Of a DNA stretch of 64,000 nucleotides, positions 30,972 to 47,149 are shown piece by piece. The position numbers and the translations under genes are program-made. The first letter of the stretch is position 1. Every line of letters begins with the position of its first letter. The stretch is taken from contig OZ024750.1 of assembly GCA_964016885.1 (NCBI GenBank), forward strand, positions 19,530,001-19,594,000. Reading direction: 5' to 3'. This DNA comes from Eledone cirrhosa. Taxonomy: Eukaryota. The notes beneath the pieces were generated by a model, which ran no database searches, was not told the origin of the DNA, and saw only the letters and a list, made by a program, of their open reading frames with translations.

Positions 30972-31320
30972 TAAATGATTCTTCTTTTGGCACAAGGCCG
31001 GCAATTATTCCAGGGTATTACTGGTACTTTATTTCATCGAACCCGTAAGGATGAAAGGCGGGATTTGAACCATAAAAGGCGCTAACTCTTTGCTGTAAAG
31101 CATGGCGATACTGTCAATCCACATTAATAATTGTGTCTACGTTAGGCACAAGGCCAGCAATTACCCAGTGCATTACTGGTACTTTATTTTATCGACCCCG
31201 TAAGGATGAAAGGCAAAGTTAACCTCGGCGGGATTTGAACTCAGAATGGCAAGGGCCGTAACTCTATACGTCAAAGCATGGCGTCCGACCCTCTACCAAT
31301 ACTGCCAATCCACCGCCCTT
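30972..31320 (-). mobile_element. Two adjacent Meta-domain SINEs; the full-length copy (31128-31319) has a 15-bp TSD
   Basis: TSD ATCCACATTAATAAT at 31117 and 31322. Confidence 0.92.
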
Positions 31321-31459
31321 TATCCACATTAATAATGCTCTATGAAATGAGGTCAATGACACAGGAGAAAGAAACCAAATTCATTAACATAAATGATTAG
31401 AAGTTGTTGAATTTTATAAGATACTGCAGATAGGTTTGCTATATTCAGTTAAAAGAATA

Positions 31460-31659
31460 TAATTTCTTATATGTAGACACAAGGCCAGAAATGTTGGGGG
31501 AGGGGGCAACCAGTGCGTAACTGGTACTTTATTTTATCGACCCCATAAGGATGAAAGGCAAAGTTAACCGCGGCGAGATTTGAACTCAGATCATAAAGGG
31601 CCGTAACTCTATGCTGCAAAGCATGGCGTTCGACCCTCTACCGATACTGCCAATCCACG
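31460..31659 (-). mobile_element. Full-length Meta-domain SINE
   Basis: TSD AAAGAATAT at 31452 and 31660. Confidence 0.9.
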
Positions 31660-33193
31660 AAAGAATATTGTCCTAGTGTCAGACTAATACTCAAACTAAA
31701 ATCAATGTTAGAAATAAGATATATATTACCACTCTAGAAATGTCAATCGTAAATTACAGTGGTAAGATAGATCATAGAAGGTCATATCATGTGAGGAAAG
31801 AAACTATGAAAACTAGAAACCAACAGCCGAAATATGATGTACCTCACTCAGGAAATTTGATGCCAGTACATGTAGAATATAAAATTTATATACATTTTTA
31901 GAAAATAGAAGACACTAAATATAGTATATATCTATAAATAGAATCTAGAAAACAGGACATATAGTATATATCTACCATAAGTTTGGTATGGAGCCGTCAT
32001 TCAAGAAGAAGTTATATGGGTGCCATATTGGCATATGGCATATGGCGTTACTAGGGGCGTTACAACTGGCGGATCCCTTCCTCCTCTCCAGGTTTATATA
32101 TATAAGATTTCTTACAAAGAAGGATAGAGAAGGAGAGAAAGACATTGAGAACTATATATTTCTCAGCTCCTTTCTTGCACATATAAGATATCGAAAGCTT
32201 TGCTGCGCTGATAGTCTGCATTAGTCGTTGAATCAGCCATTTGATTATGCAGGGCTCCTCTCTCACATGCGATTCACTTATCCTGATATCACAATTTCCC
32301 TTCAAAATCAATGAAGGTAATTTATATGGAAGATAACCGCTAGTATTATTAATGTATTAAACATGGATGTGTATCTCAGCATTAATCATTAGAGTAAATA
32401 TGCATGTGTTGATAGTAAATATTAACTTCTTACTCCACAATATTGGCTATTAACGATGCACCAGGTAATATTCTTAATATGCATCTTCGTAAGAGATCTG
32501 GACAGTTTAATACGATCTATATAATAATCATTATCCGTTGCTATTAGGATGCCATTAACGTTTGATTAATCTGCTTAAGAGTTCACCACTCCGTCTTCCG
32601 TAGTTAAATGAGATGTAATGTACATTAGTTATATAATAGTAGGCGCTATTTATTATTCCCTTTCAATACATGACCTTACCATTATCAAATTCTTAGACTA
32701 AGAATTCAGGGACACTGGATGTATAATAACCTGCTGGAAGTTTAAGAAATGTGGTCAATATATGGGCGTTAATAGCATGGCAATATAACTAAATATCTTT
32801 TATCCCTATATCACTGAAATTATATTTTATTATTCATATAATCACAATAATAGCCTCCCTAATTGTTTATTTTAATTCATTTAAGCATAATTTATTTTCT
32901 CTAAAATCTCTGTTTCTCACTCTCTCTCCCACTCGTATATATATATAGTAAATTCCATGTTTATTCATGATTCACTCGTTAAAAGTCATCATTATAGTTT
33001 GAAAAGAATGAAATGGTTGGCTCTCTCTCTCTCCCTCCCTCTCCCTCTCTCTCTATTTGTGTGCGTGTGCAGAGAGTGAGAAAGAGAGAGTAAGGGGGAA
33101 ATTCTACAACCCGTACGCGACGCCAAGCGGTTTCAGCTAGTATTCGGCAACCCCTTTCAGCTCTCAGACACATTCTCTCCCCCTATCCCCCCC

Positions 33194-33225
<32 letters not shown>

Positions 33226-33777
33226 GTGCGTGTGAACATATAAGTGCTTTTATAAAAGAAAGTCACGAGCAATCAAGATGTAATTGGAGCTCGAGAATAT
33301 TTATATCAATACTTTGGCGCACACACATACAAACGCTTATATAATACTTTCAATTGGAATTTAAAACGACAGAAAATATGTGTAAGCCTCTGTTAAATAT
33401 TCTGTATTCTGTATTATCATAACCAAATATGTAAATAGTAATATTTAAGAAAGATAATTTGTATAATACAAACTTTTTTTCTATAATTTTTTTATATGAA
33501 ATATCTTGTTGAATAAAGATTTCCAAATGTCACAATATACGTAAAGATACTGGAGCAATAATATCATGATGAAGTAAAAACATTATTTAAATACATTTTT
33601 TCCTACTACTTTAACATACAAGGTATAATAGAATTTGGCGAGGAAAGGTTTCAATGGATACATTAACGCATGTAAGACTAAAAGGAAACAAGTAAACATC
33701 CGTATCCCGTATGCAGCCATTGAAGCGTATCTATTCTCAAACTTGGTATCCATCTAAACTCCTTCCTCATCCCTTTC

Positions 33778-33828
<51 letters not shown>

Positions 33829-33839
33829 GTATATATATG

Positions 33840-34700
33840 TCCAAAAAATCAATTAGACCAGGCTATAGGAATAAAAGGCACCTATGAAGAAACAGTAAAT
33901 AAATACGTCACAGCAGCGTCTTCGCGTCCACAGCACGTGAAAATTAATTAAATATACGGTAAACCATACATAATTGGGTAAAATTAAAGTTAGAAATGCT
34001 TATATACATACCAGGATTAAATCACTAAATCCCGACCCATGGGTTTCGCCCACTTTTAAGATACCTTATTAAGGATAAATCTCGAGTTTAGAGCTCTTCA
34101 GGGGACACACTCGCTAGAACAGATTATTTTCAGAAGTGGCCCCCGCCAAACACGAATTCAAAATGGTTGAGAACTGTGACGTGGCAGTGGTCAAGTCAGG
34201 AAGGGTGTGATTGGTTGCTTACGGCGAATGGGTTGGTTGCTAGAAAGCGCAGCCCCAAATCGCCCAAATTGTATCTCAACCTTATGGGAGATTATTAAAT
34301 ATAAATATTTACACATACACCAATTAAACAAAGTCACTGGTATATATGTGTTTTGGCAACTATTCACGATGTGGCTCAATGAAGAATTAATAAATTAAAC
34401 AATCAGAGCAAAATACTATATATATTAGGCTATGCAAGAAATACTTAGGATTATCCTGAATGCAGTAATGGTTAATTACTACACTCTAGATGGAGTTGAC
34501 GTACGTTGAGGGGTTACACAACGAGTTATGGAAGAATAGTTGAAGAAACTTATTTTGAAAATTGAGTTTCTGCAAACTAATAATTACCAATTTGCACATA
34601 GCGTGACTAGGCTGTATTTAACTGCTGAAACATTTGTAAGCACTCGGAATAAATTACCTTTTTATGATGTCTACCTGTTATTATTCATTCTTTATATATA
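33840..34700 (-). mobile_element. Probable Penelope-like element 3' remnant containing the 34.0-kb hammerhead
   Basis: Unique segment bounded by (TA)n at both ends with a hammerhead inside; coding similarity is weak. Confidence 0.4.
34030..34105 (-). ncRNA. Type I hammerhead ribozyme, PLE pLTR type
   Basis: Minus strand: tccc-CTGAAGA-gctc..(loop)..gggc-GAAA-cccatggg-TC-ggga. Intact core, GUC triplet, palindromic stem III. Confidence 0.8.
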
Positions 34701-36674
34701 TATGTATATATATATATATATATGCACACATCGTTTCTGTAATTGTTTTACCAAATTTCTTATCTGAAAACGTGTGTTGAAACAGATATGTTATTTTTCG
34801 TCTATCTTTTGATTTGTCCTACACCAGCCTGTTATCGGGAGCTGTGACCAAATAGATTTGACAATACACAAATAATCAACCATCCGTTTATTAAACAAAC
34901 CACTTAAGTTTATAATAAATTGAAGTGAAAACAAAGAGATGCGTATTTTATTGGCAGCATGACCATACCCAATGTATAGCAACACACACACACACACACA
35001 ATTGTCTAAAGACCTCTGGTGATAATATTGTGAGTTCATATTTTGCATAACTATGTGTTAGAAGAATAAAATTGTTTCATGTTTTTTTATTAGTTGATGC
35101 ATTATTTCACACATACATACACACTGAGTCAAATATTCATATATAAGTTCGAAGAAAAAAAAACAAAAAAAAAACAACCTACTCACACGAATCGACCGCT
35201 CATTCGTTTAACATTTGAATGTTGTATCTACACTTGTGCACATATAATCACTCGCTCTTTCTCGCTGGGAAATTATCCTGATTTTCAGAAGAACTTCAAT
35301 ATGTATCTAATACGGTATTAACACCTCACCATTCGCCTTATGTCCCTGTCGACATAAAACAATATCAATTCATATAGTGTATGGTATTTAATAAAAGTAT
35401 GGTATTTAATGAAAGTAACAATCGAATAGTTACTTCACAAAATTATGCCGATTGTGGTCTTTCTGAAGACATGTAGCCCAGTAGCTATAGTTTTGCGCTC
35501 ATGATCTTATGGCCGTGGGTGTAAGAAAGTTTATTTCACATTATTTTCATGATAATAGTGGAAGCCCTATCTTTAAACCATCTATTAGATGCAAGCCCGT
35601 AAGAAGCCATTCCAAGCTGCGTGAGTTCTGTAAATTTCTCGTTTTTATCAAACTTCATAAAAGTTAAAATATCAATTCATAGGTTACGTAAATATAAATA
35701 TATGTGAATAATGATGTTTATATCAATAGATATATGTTTACAATTTTGGAATTATATTGGAGATGTTCGTCTTTCTTTATTTCTCTTGACGTAATTCCAG
35801 CAACGTTTCCCCTAGCACACATATACCTTTCTTTATTGAATTACTGCATCTTTAAAGGAATAATTTATAGAATATAACCTGATAGAACGATATAATCCAA
35901 TAGATTACAACTCAATACGGGCTATCCTTAATTCAATACCAAGTAAACAAGACACTTCACTCAAAGAAGAATCTAATTTTTATCAGGCATAAAAGATCTG
36001 AATCATTGCGTGCAATAACGCAATAAATATTTTGGCGTCTAACCTCCAATATATACCCAGCTTGAAAAGAATGTATTCTACAGTTCCAACTACCCAGTAG
36101 TGGTTTCAATAAAATATTTTCTGAAAATAATTTAGAAGCCCCCTCGTCATCATTATCATCATCATCACCACGACCATTATTATTTGCTTTCTTCTTCTTC
36201 TTCTTCTTCTTCTTCTTAATATTTCATTTGATATCTGTAAATTCACACATATCTCAGTTGCCTTCAACATGGGTCTTGGGTTTGGTGATAGTTTGTTATA
36301 ACACATTTTTCTTGGCACCATAGAAAACTGATAGAATTTTGTTGTGTTTGAGAAAGCAAGTAACTATGTATCCTATACAAACATACACACTTACAGAGAC
36401 AAACGCACTGGGAAGAGTCATAAATTTAAAAGGTCTAAACACAAAGTTTATCGATACATCTAGTAAGTGAAACTAATTAGTTTATTGAGCATGGTCGCTT
36501 GCTCAACGACCTTAGATCACGATCTATGGATGGGCTGCTGCCAGCGAGACCAGGATTTCCAGCAACTTTGACGACTATGATATTACTTTGTTGGGGCTTT
36601 GATGAATTTGGATCAATCTACAGCTTTCAATTATGAATACAATGCTTTGCCACATAGGATTACACCCAATTTCG

Positions 36675-36817
36675 TTTTGAGTTACCTTTGCCTTTCATTC
36701 TTACGGGGTGGATAAAATAAAACACCAGTAATGCACTGGGGTCGATTTAATCGACTTTCCCCCCTTCCCTTCAAAATTGCTGGCCGTGTGTCTGAAGTAG
36801 AAACCATTATTATTATT
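36675..36817 (+). mobile_element. 5'-truncated Meta-domain SINE (long variant) ending in (ATT)n
   Basis: TTTGCCTTTCATTCTTACGGGG..GGGGTCGATTTAATCGACTTTCC..GCTGGCCGTGTG..AGAAACCATTATTATT. Confidence 0.9.
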
Positions 36818-37019
36818 AGTCTGATCGGACGTCTTTTTGTTCGCTCTCGTAAGTCTCTTTATTTACCTGTCATAAATTATTTATTGTTAAATTGTTGTTG
36901 TTGTGTAAGGGATATAAGCCCTTGGACTTTGCCTTGTGAGGGGGAAAGTATAATATTTGGGCCTTTTGGCCCAAATATTTGAACTTATTCCATTTAAAAA
37001 TTATCGAAAAAAAAATATG

Positions 37020-38775
37020 GCCGCTCTTTAGTGTTAGTGGGGTACTGGAACGGTATCTTAGATGCAGGTTGTGATTATGTGGGGTTAATAGACAGGGGAG
37101 GAGGGTATAAAAGCTTCAACAACTTGCTCAGACGTTTTGAACTGCCTGACAGGTATAGACTGGTTTATCCGAATGTGCCAATATGGACATGGGCAAACCA
37201 CATCGGGTCATCCAGATCGTATTTAGATAGGGTATTCTGTAGGGAAGCAGATAAGACTAGTGTAGGATGTCCACAATTTAAAATCGTCGACTACACGGAC
37301 CACAAATTTGTGATCTGTGAAGTTGACTTAGATAGACACCATAGGCAAGGGACCGGTTACTGGAAGCTGATCGCGTCGTTAAGCGTGCGTTAACGGGTGC
37401 AATCATCAACAACAGGTGGTGGTTTACCCTGAAAAGGGCTATTAGAGTAGAATCGATAAGGTTTAGCAAAGGAGTAGTGATAGAGGAAAATAGAGTAGAG
37501 GGAGAGTTAGTTAGAAAGCTGGAAGAGGCGTTTAGGACAGACATCGCAACCGACGTGCTTGCGGCGAGATTGGCACTCAACCAATTCTTCAACGCAAAGG
37601 ATGAACGCTACGTCGTCAGAGCTAGAGCACGTGCTCTGAGACACGAGGGGACGAAAGCCGTTCAATGGGCCCGAATGTTGGAGGCGCGACGGGGCAACTA
37701 ATCTACAATTCGGTCTTTGCCTGATAAAAACGGGCGCATGTTGCTCGAATCCGAGCAGATGTGTGCGGCTTTTCAACATCACTTTGCGGGCCGAATCGGA
37801 GTATGGACTTTGGTGCATAGTTCGACGGACTGCCGCGGCTCTCGACGACTGCAGCGCAGTGTTGCGAAAATCCGATAACAGCAGGTGAAATACGGGAAGC
37901 GATGTCTGACTGCATGAGGGGTAAATCGTCAGGTTTGGATTGTCTGCCCTACGAGCTTTGTGCGTACATGCCAGACTTGTTCGGCGACCTCTTGGCAGAT
38001 GTCTACTGCAACTGACAGCGAAAATGGACCATTCCTAGTTTTGTGAGCCGGGGAGCAGTCGCGCTGCTGAGACACGAACAAGGAGGACATTATAGACAAC
38101 TTCAGGCTCATAACACTGCTGAATGTAGAGTTCAATACTTTGGCCAAGGTGTTAGCAAAGAGATTGGCGCTTGTCGTCGGTGATCTGGTGGGAGAGGCGC
38201 AGACATGCACCATTCCGGATAGATCTATCCATGACAACCTCCATCTCATGCGATACATCATAGAGAGGGTGGTTAAGGAACATTGCAAGGGTGGGGCTCT
38301 GATAAACGGTCCCGTATTTAGGGGCTGGATCGCTGCGATGCACAGTGACACCTGCTCGATTGTGAGGGTAAATATTCACCCGTTGTAGCCGTTCAGCATC
38401 ATGTGCTCGGTCCGCCAGGGTTGTCCCCTCTCGTCCCTCTTGTACGTATTGGCCCCCGAGCCTTTACTGCACAAATTGGAGACGATGAGCGGCGTCCCAC
38501 GCCAACCGTGAGAGGGCGCTTGCCCTGGTCGTCAGGGTGGCCGTGGTGTTTTGTGTGGTTTTTGCCACGAGTGACCCTCGGTGGTTTCCCCCATTTTGGG
38601 GAATTTTTGTTGCCTGAATTTTTTTGATTTCTATCCCGATTTCTATCTTGTTATAACCTGTTTACACGACCAAAACCCACTTTGTATCGTCCTGTATTGT
38701 TCTGTACCGTCTCTAATGTTTTTCTTCATGTTAGCCCTTGTGGCCAATAAATGAAATCATGATTATTATTATTAT
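37020..38775 (+). mobile_element. Internally deleted Tx1/L1-clade non-LTR retrotransposon (APE endonuclease and RT pseudogene plus 3' UTR)
   Basis: APE C-terminus: VLVGYWNGILD, WTWAN..SRSYLDRVF, YTDHKFV, GYWKL. RT: KSSGLDCLPYE, NFRLITLLNVEFNTLAKVLAKRL, EAQTCTIPDRSIHDNLHLMR, SVRQGCPLSSLLYVL. 3' UTR ends AATAAATGAAATCAT then (ATT)n. Many stops and frameshifts. Confidence 0.92.
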
Positions 38776-38848
38776 AAAGTACCAGTAATGCACTGGGTAA
38801 TTGCTGGCCTTGTGCCTAAAGTAGAAACAATTATTATTATTATTATTA
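38775..38848 (+). mobile_element. 5'-truncated Meta-domain SINE 3' end with (ATT)n tail
   Basis: AAAGTACCAGTAATGCACTGGGTAATTGCTGGCCTTGTGCCTAAAGTAGAAACAATTATT. Confidence 0.9.
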
Positions 38849-38849
38849 G

Positions 38850-39470
38850 TAGTTGTAATAATATTGGTACTAGTAGTAGTAATAGTAGTAGTAGTAGTAG
38901 TTGTAGTAGTTGTAGTAGTAGTTGTAGTAGTAGTAGTATTGTGGTTGTTGGATTGCTAGTATAGAGCTTTGGTTATAATTCTTTGTGGCAGCACTTGCCA
39001 TCAACAAAATAATCACCACCACAACAACAATTTCAAGCACAACCACAACCACCACCACCACCACCACCGCTAACAACACTACAACCACTACCACCATCGC
39101 TACCACCACAACTACACCACCACCATCGCTACCACCACAACTACACCACCACCACCATCGCTACCACCACCACCATCGCTAACACAACTACAACCACCAC
39201 CACCATCGCTAACACCACTACAACCACCACCACCACCATTACTACAACCACCACCACACCACCACCATCGCTACCACCACCACTACAACCGCCACCACCA
39301 TCGCTAACACCACTACAACCACCACCACCATTGCTACCACCACAACCCCCACCACCGGCAACAGTAACATTGAACGCCAACAACAATACTGTCATCAATA
39401 ACACCATTAGTATCATAACAGACGCTATCCTTACCAGCATCAACATCACCAACATCAACATCAACAGTGA
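38850..39470. repeat. (TAG)n followed by (ACC/ACA)n low-complexity trinucleotide repeats
   Basis: Direct reading. Confidence 0.9.
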
Positions 39471-39580
39471 TGGCAAAACGAAGCATACGCATAATTATGA
39501 AATCATTGATCCGCATATACTTTCCATTTCATTTTTGGAAATATATTGAAAGTTTACGTTGCTTAAAGGTAGTGTGTGCG

Positions 39581-39691
<111 letters not shown>

Positions 39692-39821
39692 CGTAGCGTA
39701 AAAAGATAAACATATCACCACGCATTGAGAATCACACACAATCATAAGTATTTATCTATATGTATCTCTATATAAAAATTGATACACAGACACACACAAA
39801 CACATATACATATACATATAC

Positions 39822-39853
<32 letters not shown>

Positions 39854-40004
39854 ATATATATATATATACATATAATATGTATGTATATACATATTATATA
39901 TATTTAATATATATTTGCTCTACGGTTCTTATATATTTGATATATATTATCCCTATCAAGCCCTCGTTGGATTTTAGGCTTCCAATTTATTATTATTACT
40001 ATAC

Positions 40005-40036
<32 letters not shown>

Positions 40037-40408
40037 GCACACAAACACACACGCAATTACATACTAATATAATTCATTATAGCTTTTCATTATTGCTTTT
40101 CAAACATTAAACCGCACTGCCAATGATAAAAATAAATTTAAAATAATCAGCAAAAAAATCCCTGATTTTAACAAGAAACATTATAAATATATGAATCTTA
40201 TATATTGTAAACATTTTAAATATGTGTTATGTAACAGAGAATGGCTCAGTAAAATGACAGAGTCAATTGTTTGAATATTACAGATAAGACGCACAACAAA
40301 AGTAAATATAAATTTAAAAGTAATTTAATGAGTGAACAAAATAAAGGCTCATTCTATTAAAACAAAATGAGCCTTTATTTTGTTGACTCCATGGATCTCA
40401 TGGAACCA

Positions 40409-40599
40409 ATAATTGTTTCTACTTTTGGCACAAGGCCAGCAAATACCCAGTACATTACTGGTACTTTATTGTATCGACTCCGTAAGGATAAAAGGCAAAG
40501 TTAACCTTGACGGAATTTGAACTCAGAATGGACAGGGTCGTATCTCTTTGCGTTAAAGCATGTCGTCCGACCCTCCACCGATACTGCCAATCCACCGTG
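40409..40599 (-). mobile_element. Full-length Meta-domain SINE with 14-bp TSD
   Basis: TSD ATGGAACCAATAAT at 40400 and 40600. Confidence 0.92.
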
Positions 40600-40721
40600 A
40601 TGGAACCAATAATAAAACTAAGAAATGATAAGTCGTAAGGCACAATGTGATTTCCTACCAGGACGAAAGATCGTTTATCAGTCTCTGTTCTGAAAAAATA
40701 TTAATAAAATAGTAGAGTTAG

Positions 40722-40880
40722 AAACATGGCTATGTGATTAAGGTGTTTGCTTCGTATCCATGTGGTCACAGGTACAGTGCCTATAGGTGGCACTATGGCC
40801 AAGTGTAATTTACTATAACTCCTGTTGAGCGATGGTTTATGAGTGGAATATAGTAGACGAAAACTAGAAAACCATCGTAC
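40722..40880 (+). mobile_element. Diverged CORE-type tRNA-SINE; a second inverted copy lies at about 41140-41297
   Basis: CATGGCTATGTGATTAAG head, GGCACTATGGCCAAGTG (CORE-like) and tail GAGTGGAATATAGTAGACGAAAACT. Confidence 0.55.
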
Positions 40881-41691
40881 ACACACACACCCACACACAC
40901 CCACACAGACAATCATGCACACACGGACACACACACACACTTCTGCGTACGTGTACGTATGGCTATGGATATGTATGTGTTTACATGTTTGCTCTAGTCC
41001 GTGTTTATTTATCTACCGTAACTTAGACATTAAATAGAGGCGGTGCGCCAGAATACCCTATCATAGCCCCAGCATAGCCCCAGCCTGGCCTCAGTCTTAT
41101 ATTTGAAAGGCATAACATAAAAAAATAAAATGGACCGATATTTACACAGTTTCTGTCCACCAAACTTCACTCAAGAGTGAGAATTCAAAACAATATTATG
41201 ATAAATGGCTCATCTAAAGGTTGGCGTTATTTGGGATGGAATGCTGAAGCATAGAGTTTCGCAAAGAGAAATTCCAAGACGCACAACCATGCTTCATTTA
41301 ATTTGAAATCCATTACTTTGCTCAGTTAATGCATTCAAGTAAGGACCAACGTTCACAATCACCCATTTTTTTTTACTTCTGAATAAGTTAGAATCTTTGT
41401 TTATAATAAAGAAATAAGTAAAAAAAGCAAACAGTTCTGGTAAATCTTGCAACCGTAAGTAATATCTCCGATGGGATTTTAGATGAATGGGATCAAATCA
41501 CTGATAGCTTCCACAAGTTGTCTGACTTTCGCCGTGTTATATATATATATATGTGTATGTATATATGTATATATATATATAGATAGATATATATAGATAT
41601 ATACAAACATATATATATATATATGTGTATATATGTATATATATATATATAGATATATACATACATATATATATATATATATATGTATGTA

Positions 41692-41732
<41 letters not shown>

Positions 41733-42270
41733 AATTGTTATTATTATGAGTGTTTTCTGTTTTATCTTCTGCATATGGATAGAAGAGGCAATTTTATCTA
41801 ATTTTTGTCTGTAAAGGTTTTTTTTTCTTACTTTCTTCTCAGGAGTTTTGTTCATAGACATGTTTGCTCTTTCAGTTTGTAGAATTGAATTCTGTCAAGG
41901 AAAGATTCTATCTACTATTAGTAACGAAGATAATATCAGAGAGATTATTCTGGAATGAAGGAGAATGAAGGCGATATAATAAATAAATAAAATAATCTTA
42001 CCCAAAGTGAAATCATAAAACGTAAGTGGGAACGCAAAAAGAATATAATATATGAAAAAAGGGGAAAAAACGTATTTATAAAGAAAAAATTTGAGGTGAT
42101 ATGTATGTGTGTCGTTATGTATAAATGGCTGTGTGAATGTTTATTTATATGTCACGATAGTGTGTACTTTTCATTTACGTATTTATCTATCTAACTATCA
42201 ATCTATCAAGCGATACACACAAACACACACACACGTAGACACACACAGGCAAACATATATATGTATATAT

Positions 42271-42301
<31 letters not shown>

Positions 42302-42474
42302 GATTTAGATTTATATACAGTTTATATATATATGTATATATATATATATACATATATATATATGCATATATATACACATATATATACATACACGTATATA
42401 TATGTTTATATAATATATATATACATACACGTATATATATATATCTATTTATATATATGTATACATACTCACAC

Positions 42475-42521
<47 letters not shown>

Positions 42522-42606
42522 AACATATATATATACATGCAATCATACTAAATGCATTCATACTACATGCACATACATGCACACGCATGCACACACACAT
42601 GGGCGC

Positions 42607-42656
<50 letters not shown>

Positions 42657-42910
42657 TGTGTATATATGTTATATATATATATATATATATATATAGGAAA
42701 TACAAATACTCGCTTTTCTTTATCGTTCTTCAGAATCATATCACATTACATTCTTTACTATATAGTTCGCTTCCTTGAAGGTAGACACATCAACGATAGG
42801 TAAGAAGAAAAAGATATTTAGAGCGAGTAAAAACAAGGAAATAAAAAGAATAGTGGCAAAAAACATGAAACTATAGTACATATGTATATACACATATATA
42901 TATATATACC

Positions 42911-42948
<38 letters not shown>

Positions 42949-43086
42949 CATGTATATATATACATATATAGCATGTATATATATACATATATATATATTG
43001 TATGCAACTGTAGTGTATAAATCTATATATATATTTATATATATTTATATATATTTATATATATGTATATATATATATATATATAT

Positions 43087-43177
43087 ACCATGTGATATAC
43101 ATGAAGTATATACTTACAGACACACATACACACACACATATAAATATATACATATCTGTATACATATATATATATAT

Positions 43178-43233
<56 letters not shown>

Positions 43234-43321
43234 ATATATATATATATATGTATACAGATATGTATATATTTATATGTGTGTGTATGTGTGTCTGTAAGTA
43301 TATACTTCATGTATATCACAT

Positions 43322-43324
<3 letters not shown>
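43087..43324. repeat. Fold-back palindrome centred on a (TA)n tract
   Basis: ACCATGTGATATACATGAAGTATATACTTACAGAC... and its exact reverse complement. Confidence 0.9.
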
Positions 43325-43379
<55 letters not shown>

Positions 43380-43799
43380 CGTGTATGTGTGTGTGTCTGT
43401 GTGTATGTGCACATATGCATGTATTATGTATGAATTTCATTGTTTATGAGACGACTGTTTGCTGTTTATATATAGCATCATACACTTCCACTTTTTATAT
43501 ATCCATATGCATATACACCATTGTTTTGTGTGTTTTTTGTATGGAAAGTCACACATAGTTCTTCAAGAAAGTATTTGGCAGATATATCAGGAAGGAAATG
43601 TTCAGACAAAGATTATAACTTTGAGCGTCGACAGTCTCATTGACAGCTAGATATATACATATGACATAGACGGAAACACATATATTCATATAAACATATT
43701 CACAGAAGCATTTCCTCAAATACAAACACGTGTTGCTAGGCCAGACCTATAATCTTACATTCATACAAAGATGGATGCATACACACACAACACGTATTG

Positions 43800-46167
<2,368 letters not shown>

Positions 46168-46503
46168 GGCTTCTTAATGGCTTCTTAACCATCGTCTCAG
46201 TTTTGTATGGCCTTTTTAACTTTATCCATAACCATTGAGCGCTCGCCAACACAATTCTGAATTTGCGTTTCGCTAACTTCTACTCGCCGAAATGCGATTC
46301 TCGCTAAATGTATATTTATATATATATGTATATTATATATATATATATTTATTTATTTATATGTATATATATTTACACACACATATATATATATATATAC
46401 ACATATATTTATATGTATATATATTTACATATATATATATATACACATAGATATATATGTAGACATACATATATATATACACACACATATATATTTGAGT
46501 GTT

Positions 46504-46557
<54 letters not shown>

Positions 46558-46909
46558 TGAGTGTATTTGTATATATATATATATATATATACATATATAT
46601 ATACATGAACACATATACATATATACACACCCAAGTGACTCCGTCTGTTTATGTATTGGTGTCATAATATATTTATATTGAATGCAAAAATCAACTTCCA
46701 ATATGTCACTAAAATGTTTTGTTAAGACAAAACAAACAAAAAGAAAATCGTGTGAAATTATTTTCCTTTCTCTGCTTATGTGTACAACACCTTTCAGACT
46801 CTCTTGAGATATTGTTATATACAAACATGCTATTGTATATACATGCTGTTTATTTTATATATTGGGAGAATTTTACTCTAAATTCTATAATCTCTCTCTC
46901 TCTTTTTCT

Positions 46910-46943
<34 letters not shown>

Positions 46944-47149
46944 AACACACTCATATACACAAACACATGCACCCACACACACAAGCACACTTGCATATGT
47001 ACAAATATTTCTAGATAATTGTAAGACATTATATTGGATATATTACAATCCTCAAACCATTTTGTCACCGAAACGTTTTACAATTGACTGTAGGCATATA
47101 TATAAATCTTAAGAATACTGAGATTGATAATTGTTTTTCTATTCTTAGC

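Noticed and set aside
33100-33175. CpG-rich patch as a possible promoter
   Set aside because: No associated exon or defined motif.
38985-39549. Thr/Pro/His-rich mucin-like ORFs
   Set aside because: Trinucleotide low-complexity sequence with no splice or domain support.
42700-42750. CTGAAGA..GAAA on the minus strand
   Set aside because: Stems I and II do not pair; not a credible hammerhead.
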